Virus record (IMG/VR): IMGVR_UViG_3300017774_002060
Location: 1 to 28,651 of that record
Length of the DNA stretch: 28,651 nucleotides
DNA from: a virus
Taxonomy: Duplodnaviria > Caudoviricetes
Strand: one strand, 5' to 3'
Shown: in pieces, positions 24,460 through 28,651 of the stretch
Numbering within the stretch: position 1 is the first letter of the stretch
How the letters are laid out: each line of letters starts with the position of its first letter
Translations under genes and position numbers: made by a program
Notes under the pieces: model-generated
What the model saw: only the letters and a program-made list of their open reading frames with translations
The model's database searches: none
Told to the model about the DNA's origin: nothing

Positions 24460-26166
24460 ATGGCATTTCAATTATCAGCGGGTGTACTTGTATCAGAAAT
24501 CGATCTGACTACAGTTATACCTTCCGTTGCTACTTCTACAGGAGCACTTGTAGGACCTTTTGCTTGGGGACCATGCAGTGAAGTTATTACCATTTCTGAC
24601 GAAACTCGTTTAGTCAGCACATTCGGTAAACCGAATAACGATAATTATGAATATTGGTTCTCAGCAGCAAATTTTCTGGCATACGGAAACAATTTAAAAG
24701 TAGTTCGCGGTGTAGATACCGCAGCAGCAACACGTTCAAACAATGCAACAGCAAACGGAACGACAGTTCTAATTAGAAATCTTGATGACTGGACAGCAAA
24801 TCAACAAGGCAATGCTGATGGTTCTTTTGGTGGCTGGGCAGCACGTTTTCCTGGCGTATTAGGTAACTCATTACAAGTCTCTATTGCTGACGGTGGTTCG
24901 TATGCTGGATGGGCATACCGTACTCAATTTACTGCAACTCCAAACACATCAACATATGTTGCCAGCAAAGGTAACAGCAATGCGAATGATGAAGTTCATA
25001 TCATAGTTGTTGATGAAGATGGTTTAATTTCTGGTCAAGCAGGTACCGTTCTAGAAAAATACGCTTTTGTTTCCAAAGCATCCGATGCAAAAGATGATTC
25101 TGGTAACTCAAACTATTACAAGAATGTAATTGCTGCTCAGTCACAATGGATTCATTGGGTAGCACACCCCGCCACTGCAAACTTAGGTTCAGGTACTGCA
25201 TGGGGTTCAACAGCAAACAATTCTGCATTCAAAACATTGACTGCAAATGTAACGGCATCTCTTGCTAATGGTGCTGATGGTTTAGTTAGCACATCACAAA
25301 TCACTTCTGGTTGGGATTTGTTTAAGAATGCTGAAGCAGTTGACATTTCTCTGGCAGTTACAGGTACAGGTAACTCAACAATTGCTACCTATGTTATCAG
25401 CAACATTGCAGAGACCCGTAAAGATTGTGTGGCATTTATTTCGCCAACTAAAGCAAGTGTTGTAAACAATCCAGGTGGTGAAGCAGCAGCAGCAGTTACT
25501 TTCCGTAATGCTTTGACTTCTTCTTCGTATGCTGTAATCGATTGTGGTTACAAATACCAGTACGACAAATATGCTGATCTCTATCGTTGGATTCCTCTGA
25601 ACGGTGACATTGCAGGCTTGTGTGTTCGTACAGATACCGAACGTGATGCTTGGTTCTCACCAGGTGGTTTGAATCGTGGCGTAATTAAAAATGTAGTTAA
25701 ACTTGCTTGGAACCCAACTAAGACTGAGCGTGATACATTGTATTCTGCAGGTATCAATCCAGTTGTTTCGTTCCCAGGCGAAGGTACAGTTCTGTTTGGT
25801 GACAAAACAATGTTGGCCAAACCAAGTGCATTTGATCGTATCAATGTTCGCCGTCTGTTCATTGTACTTGAAAAAGCAATTGCCCGTGCAGCACGTTTCT
25901 CATTGTTTGAATTCAATGACCAATTTACCCGTGCTCAATTCGTAGCAATTGTAGAGCCTTTCCTCCGTGATGTTCAAGGTCGCCGCGGTATCACTGACTT
26001 CCGTGTTGTTTGTGATGATACAAATAACACAGCACAAGTTATTGATTCAAACCAATTTATTGGTGACATTTATATCAAACCCGCACGATCAATCAACTTC
26101 ATTCAGTTGAACTTTGTCGCCGTTCGTTCAGGCGTATCGTTCAATGAAGTTGTAGGTTCGTTCTAA
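24460..26166 (+). CDS. gp18: Tail sheath protein gp18
   Basis: SAGVLVSEIDLT; GPFAWGP; FLAYGNNLKVVR; KYQYDKY; WFSPGGLNRG; LFGDKT; AFDRINVRRLF; IKPARSINFIQLNF. Confidence 0.97.
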   Translation: MAFQLSAGVLVSEIDLTTVIPSVATSTGALVGPFAWGPCSEVITISDETRLVSTFGKPNNDNYEYWFSAANFLAYGNNLKVVRGVDTAAATRSNNATANGTTVLIRNLDDWTANQQGNADGSFGGWAARFPGVLGNSLQVSIADGGSYAGWAYRTQFTATPNTSTYVASKGNSNANDEVHIIVVDEDGLISGQAGTVLEKYAFVSKASDAKDDSGNSNYYKNVIAAQSQWIHWVAHPATANLGSGTAWGSTANNSAFKTLTANVTASLANGADGLVSTSQITSGWDLFKNAEAVDISLAVTGTGNSTIATYVISNIAETRKDCVAFISPTKASVVNNPGGEAAAAVTFRNALTSSSYAVIDCGYKYQYDKYADLYRWIPLNGDIAGLCVRTDTERDAWFSPGGLNRGVIKNVVKLAWNPTKTERDTLYSAGINPVVSFPGEGTVLFGDKTMLAKPSAFDRINVRRLFIVLEKAIARAARFSLFEFNDQFTRAQFVAIVEPFLRDVQGRRGITDFRVVCDDTNNTAQVIDSNQFIGDIYIKPARSINFIQLNFVAVRSGVSFNEVVGSF

Positions 26167-26169
26167 ATA
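26162..26169 (+). promoter_or_regulatory. Late promoter variant (TCTAAATA) upstream of gp19
   Basis: 7/8 match overlapping the gp18 stop, followed by an AGGAG RBS. Confidence 0.45.
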
Positions 26170-26190
26170 GAGAGAGACAGGAGAAAATAA

Positions 26191-26736
26191 ATGGCATTTA
26201 ATGTAAATCAATTCCGTTCACAGTTGCAAGGTGACGGTGCTCGCCCAAATCTATTTGAGGTAAGTATGCCATTTCCTGGATTCTCACTACCAGGAAATGC
26301 ACAAACTAAATTAACGTTCATGTGTAAGACAGCACAACTCCCAGGCGCAAGCTTGGGTGTTGCTCCACTACAATACTTTGGCCGTGAATTGAAATTTGTG
26401 GGCAATCGTCAATTTGCTGATTGGACAATCACAATTATCAATGATGAAGATTTTGTTGTACGCAATGCATTCGAACGTTGGATGAATGGTATCAATAGCC
26501 ACAATCTAAACGTTCGTAATCCTCTTGCTGGCACACCACTAGGTTATTCAGTGGATGGTGATGTTAAGCAATACGGTAAAAAAGGTGATACAATCAAGCA
26601 GTATAAATTTGTTGGTTTGTTCCCAACAGATTTGACTCCAATCGATGTTGATTGGGGTTCAAATGATGCTATTGAAGAATTTTCTGTTACTATGTCCTAC
26701 CAGTGGTGGGAATCAGTAGCAGATGGCGTGATCTAA
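26191..26736 (+). CDS. gp19: Tail tube protein gp19
   Basis: GARPNLFEV; FMCKTAQLPG; GNRQFADWTITIINDEDF.VRNAFERW; IEEFSVTMSYQWW. Confidence 0.96.
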   Translation: MAFNVNQFRSQLQGDGARPNLFEVSMPFPGFSLPGNAQTKLTFMCKTAQLPGASLGVAPLQYFGRELKFVGNRQFADWTITIINDEDFVVRNAFERWMNGINSHNLNVRNPLAGTPLGYSVDGDVKQYGKKGDTIKQYKFVGLFPTDLTPIDVDWGSNDAIEEFSVTMSYQWWESVADGVI

Positions 26737-26760
26737 GAGTAAGGGATTCTCCTTACTTTT
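26735..26760 (+). terminator. Probable intrinsic terminator after gp19
   Basis: AAGAGTAAGG-GATTCT-CCTTACTTTT hairpin with a U-rich 3' arm immediately after the stop. Confidence 0.65.
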
Positions 26761-26780
26761 ATCTATAGGATGAAAGATTA

Positions 26781-28451
26781 ATGGCAATTAAATTATTCGG
26801 CTTTACGTTAGGCTCAAAAGATGTCGTTCAGGCAGAAAAACCTGAACAGGCATCTTTTGCTTTACCTTCTGCCTCAATTGATGATGGTGCAGTTACCGTT
26901 ACACAGAATGCTTATTATGGAACCTATGTTGACTTAGAAGGTTCGGTGCGTAATGAGATTGAACTTATCACACGTTATCGTGAGATGTCCAATCATCCAG
27001 AATTGGATATGGCAATTGATGAGATTGTTAATGAAGCAATCTCTCATGATGAAGCAGGTAAAGTTTGTGATATCGTAATGGATAATCTCAAGCAACCTGA
27101 ATCAATTAAAAAGAAAATTAATGAAGAGTTTCAAAACGTCTTAAAGATGTTGAACTTTTCTAATCTTGCGGATGATTTATTTAAACGTTGGTACATTGAT
27201 GGACGATTGTTCTATCATGTTATAGTCAACGATAAGAATCCAAAAGAAGGTATACAAGAACTAAGATACATTGATCCACGTAAGATTCGTAAAGTCCGTG
27301 AGATCAAAAAAGATCGTGATCCTAAAACAGGCGCAATGATTGTTGTATCTACCGCAGAGTATTATGTCTTTAATGATAAAGGCCAGACTACTCAAACATT
27401 CACATCGAATGTAGGTCAAGGCATTCGTATTGCACCAGATTCAATCATCAATGTGAACTCTGGTTTGATGGATGCAAAGAATACATTTGTTATTTCATAT
27501 CTACATAAAGCAATCAAACCACTCAATCAACTTAGAATGATTGAAGATGCGATTGTTATCTACCGTATTAGTCGTGCTCCTGAGCGCCGTATATTCTACA
27601 TTGACGTTGGTAACTTACCACGCGGTAAAGCAGAACAGTATCTCCGTGATGTTATGGTTAAGTATCGTAACAAGATGGTGTATGATGCTAACACTGGTGA
27701 ACTCCGTGATGAACGTAAACACATGTCAATGCTTGAAGATTTCTGGTTGCCACGCCGTGAAGGTGGTAAGGGTACAGAGATTACTACATTGCCAGCGGGC
27801 CAAAACTTAGGCGAATTGGAAGATGTTAAATACTTCAAGAAGAAATTATTACAGTGCTTAAATGTACCATACTCACGCCTTGAAGATAATGGTGGTGGTT
27901 TTGCAGGTATAGGTCGTTCACAAGAAGTTACCCGTGACGAATTAAAGTTTGCCAAGTTTGTTTCCAGACTTCGCAATAAGTTCACACAGTTGTTTGATCA
28001 TGCTTTGCGTATTCAGTTGGTACTCAAAGGTATTTGTACATTGGAAGAGTATGAAGATTTCAAAGAAGATATCTACTACGACTTCCAAAAAGACAATAAC
28101 TTTACCGAACTTCGTGGTGCAGAGTTATTGCAGAACCGTTTACAGATGTTACAGTTGGTTGATCCGTATATTGGTAGATACTTCTCAAATCAATATATTA
28201 AGAATAAGATTCTGATGATGACTGATGAAGAAATTGAAAAGATGGACGAACAACTTGCGGAAGAAAAAGATTCGTTACCTGATGATATGCAGGGTTCGAT
28301 AATGAATCCTCCACAAGGTGGTGAGGATCCTAGTGAGTTCCCACCAGAAGATAACACCACAGAGAATACCGAAGAAGAGGAGTCATTGACACCTGATCTC
28401 GACAAAGAGGTAGACAAGTCTGTGGTGAGTATAAATACTAAACGCAAATAG
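26781..28451 (+). CDS. gp20: Portal vertex protein gp20
   Basis: LITRYREM..HPE...AIDEIVNE; WYIDGR; ELRYIDPRK; SYLHKAIKPLNQLRMIEDA.VIYRISRAPERRIFYIDVGNLP; EDFWLPRREGGKGTEITTLP; RDELKF. Confidence 0.97.
   Translation: MAIKLFGFTLGSKDVVQAEKPEQASFALPSASIDDGAVTVTQNAYYGTYVDLEGSVRNEIELITRYREMSNHPELDMAIDEIVNEAISHDEAGKVCDIVMDNLKQPESIKKKINEEFQNVLKMLNFSNLADDLFKRWYIDGRLFYHVIVNDKNPKEGIQELRYIDPRKIRKVREIKKDRDPKTGAMIVVSTAEYYVFNDKGQTTQTFTSNVGQGIRIAPDSIINVNSGLMDAKNTFVISYLHKAIKPLNQLRMIEDAIVIYRISRAPERRIFYIDVGNLPRGKAEQYLRDVMVKYRNKMVYDANTGELRDERKHMSMLEDFWLPRREGGKGTEITTLPAGQNLGELEDVKYFKKKLLQCLNVPYSRLEDNGGGFAGIGRSQEVTRDELKFAKFVSRLRNKFTQLFDHALRIQLVLKGICTLEEYEDFKEDIYYDFQKDNNFTELRGAELLQNRLQMLQLVDPYIGRYFSNQYIKNKILMMTDEEIEKMDEQLAEEKDSLPDDMQGSIMNPPQGGEDPSEFPPEDNTTENTEEEESLTPDLDKEVDKSVVSINTKRK
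28430..28437 (+). promoter_or_regulatory. T4 late promoter (TATAAATA) embedded in the gp20 3' end
   Basis: Perfect consensus ending 22 nt before the ATG at 28460; GGAG RBS at 28451-28454. Confidence 0.75.
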
Positions 28452-28459
28452 GAGTTCAA

Positions 28460-28651
28460 ATGAACATTCAAGATATCATCAACAATATCGCAGCAGGAGA
28501 AAATCTTGTTGCAAGAGAAGGATTAGAAAATGCCTTATCAGCGAAAGCGTTCGATGCGTTGCAAGATCGCAAACAAGAAATCGCTTCTGCTCTATATGCT
28601 GGGCCAGAGCAAGAGTCTGAAGAAGATACAGATTACGAAGAAGATGAAGAA
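28460..28651 (+). CDS. gp67: Prohead core protein gp67-like (partial, runs off the window)
   Basis: MNIQDIINNIAAGENLVAREGLENALSAKAFDALQDRKQEIASALY followed by an acidic tail; directly after gp20. Not in the ORF track because it has no stop. Confidence 0.65.
   Translation, partial: MNIQDIINNIAAGENLVAREGLENALSAKAFDALQDRKQEIASALYAGPEQESEEDTDYEEDEE

Noticed and set aside
22774-28451. Introns, inteins or homing endonucleases in gp17, gp18 or gp20
   Set aside because: The ORFs are continuous, of ordinary length, and show no splicing or endonuclease motifs.
1-28651. Stop-codon reassignment
   Set aside because: All core genes are full length under the standard code; TAA dominates, and TGA (gp15) and TAG (gp20) act as normal stops.
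1-28651. Assignment of a specific host or phage genus
   Set aside because: Gene order and motifs point to an environmental T4-like phage, but nothing in the window identifies the host without a database search.

Overview
An AT-rich, entirely plus-strand late (virion morphogenesis) region of a T4-like myovirus with the gene layout of environmental cyanophage/pelagiphage/freshwater T4-like phages. Gene order: gp8 baseplate wedge, a 2067-aa VrlC/DUF4815-type structural protein, an ~11 kb accessory block of fibre, adaptor, Gly-rich adhesin and putative chaperone genes (where T4 has genes 9-12 and wac), then gp13, gp14, gp15, gp16, a Dps-family mini-ferritin, gp17, gp18, gp19, gp20 and the start of a gp67-like gene. 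T4 late-promoter motifs (TATAAATA and variants) and two intrinsic terminators are visible. Most notable: (i) a dps gene translationally coupled between the small and large terminase genes; (ii) three parallel fibre + Gly-rich tip + chaperone cassettes, one with its tip gene reduced to a 27-codon N-terminal remnant, suggesting a modular, peptide-docked branched adhesin system; (iii) a 1128-aa ANAAF-heptad fibre with an inserted beta-helix and near-identical DNA repeats; (iv) small accessory domains grafted into gp8, gp13, gp14 and gp15; (v) an unannotated 40-aa Cys micro-ORF before gp13. Family assignments come from motif recognition by eye, not database searches. No tRNA, rRNA, CRISPR, intron or mobile element was seen.
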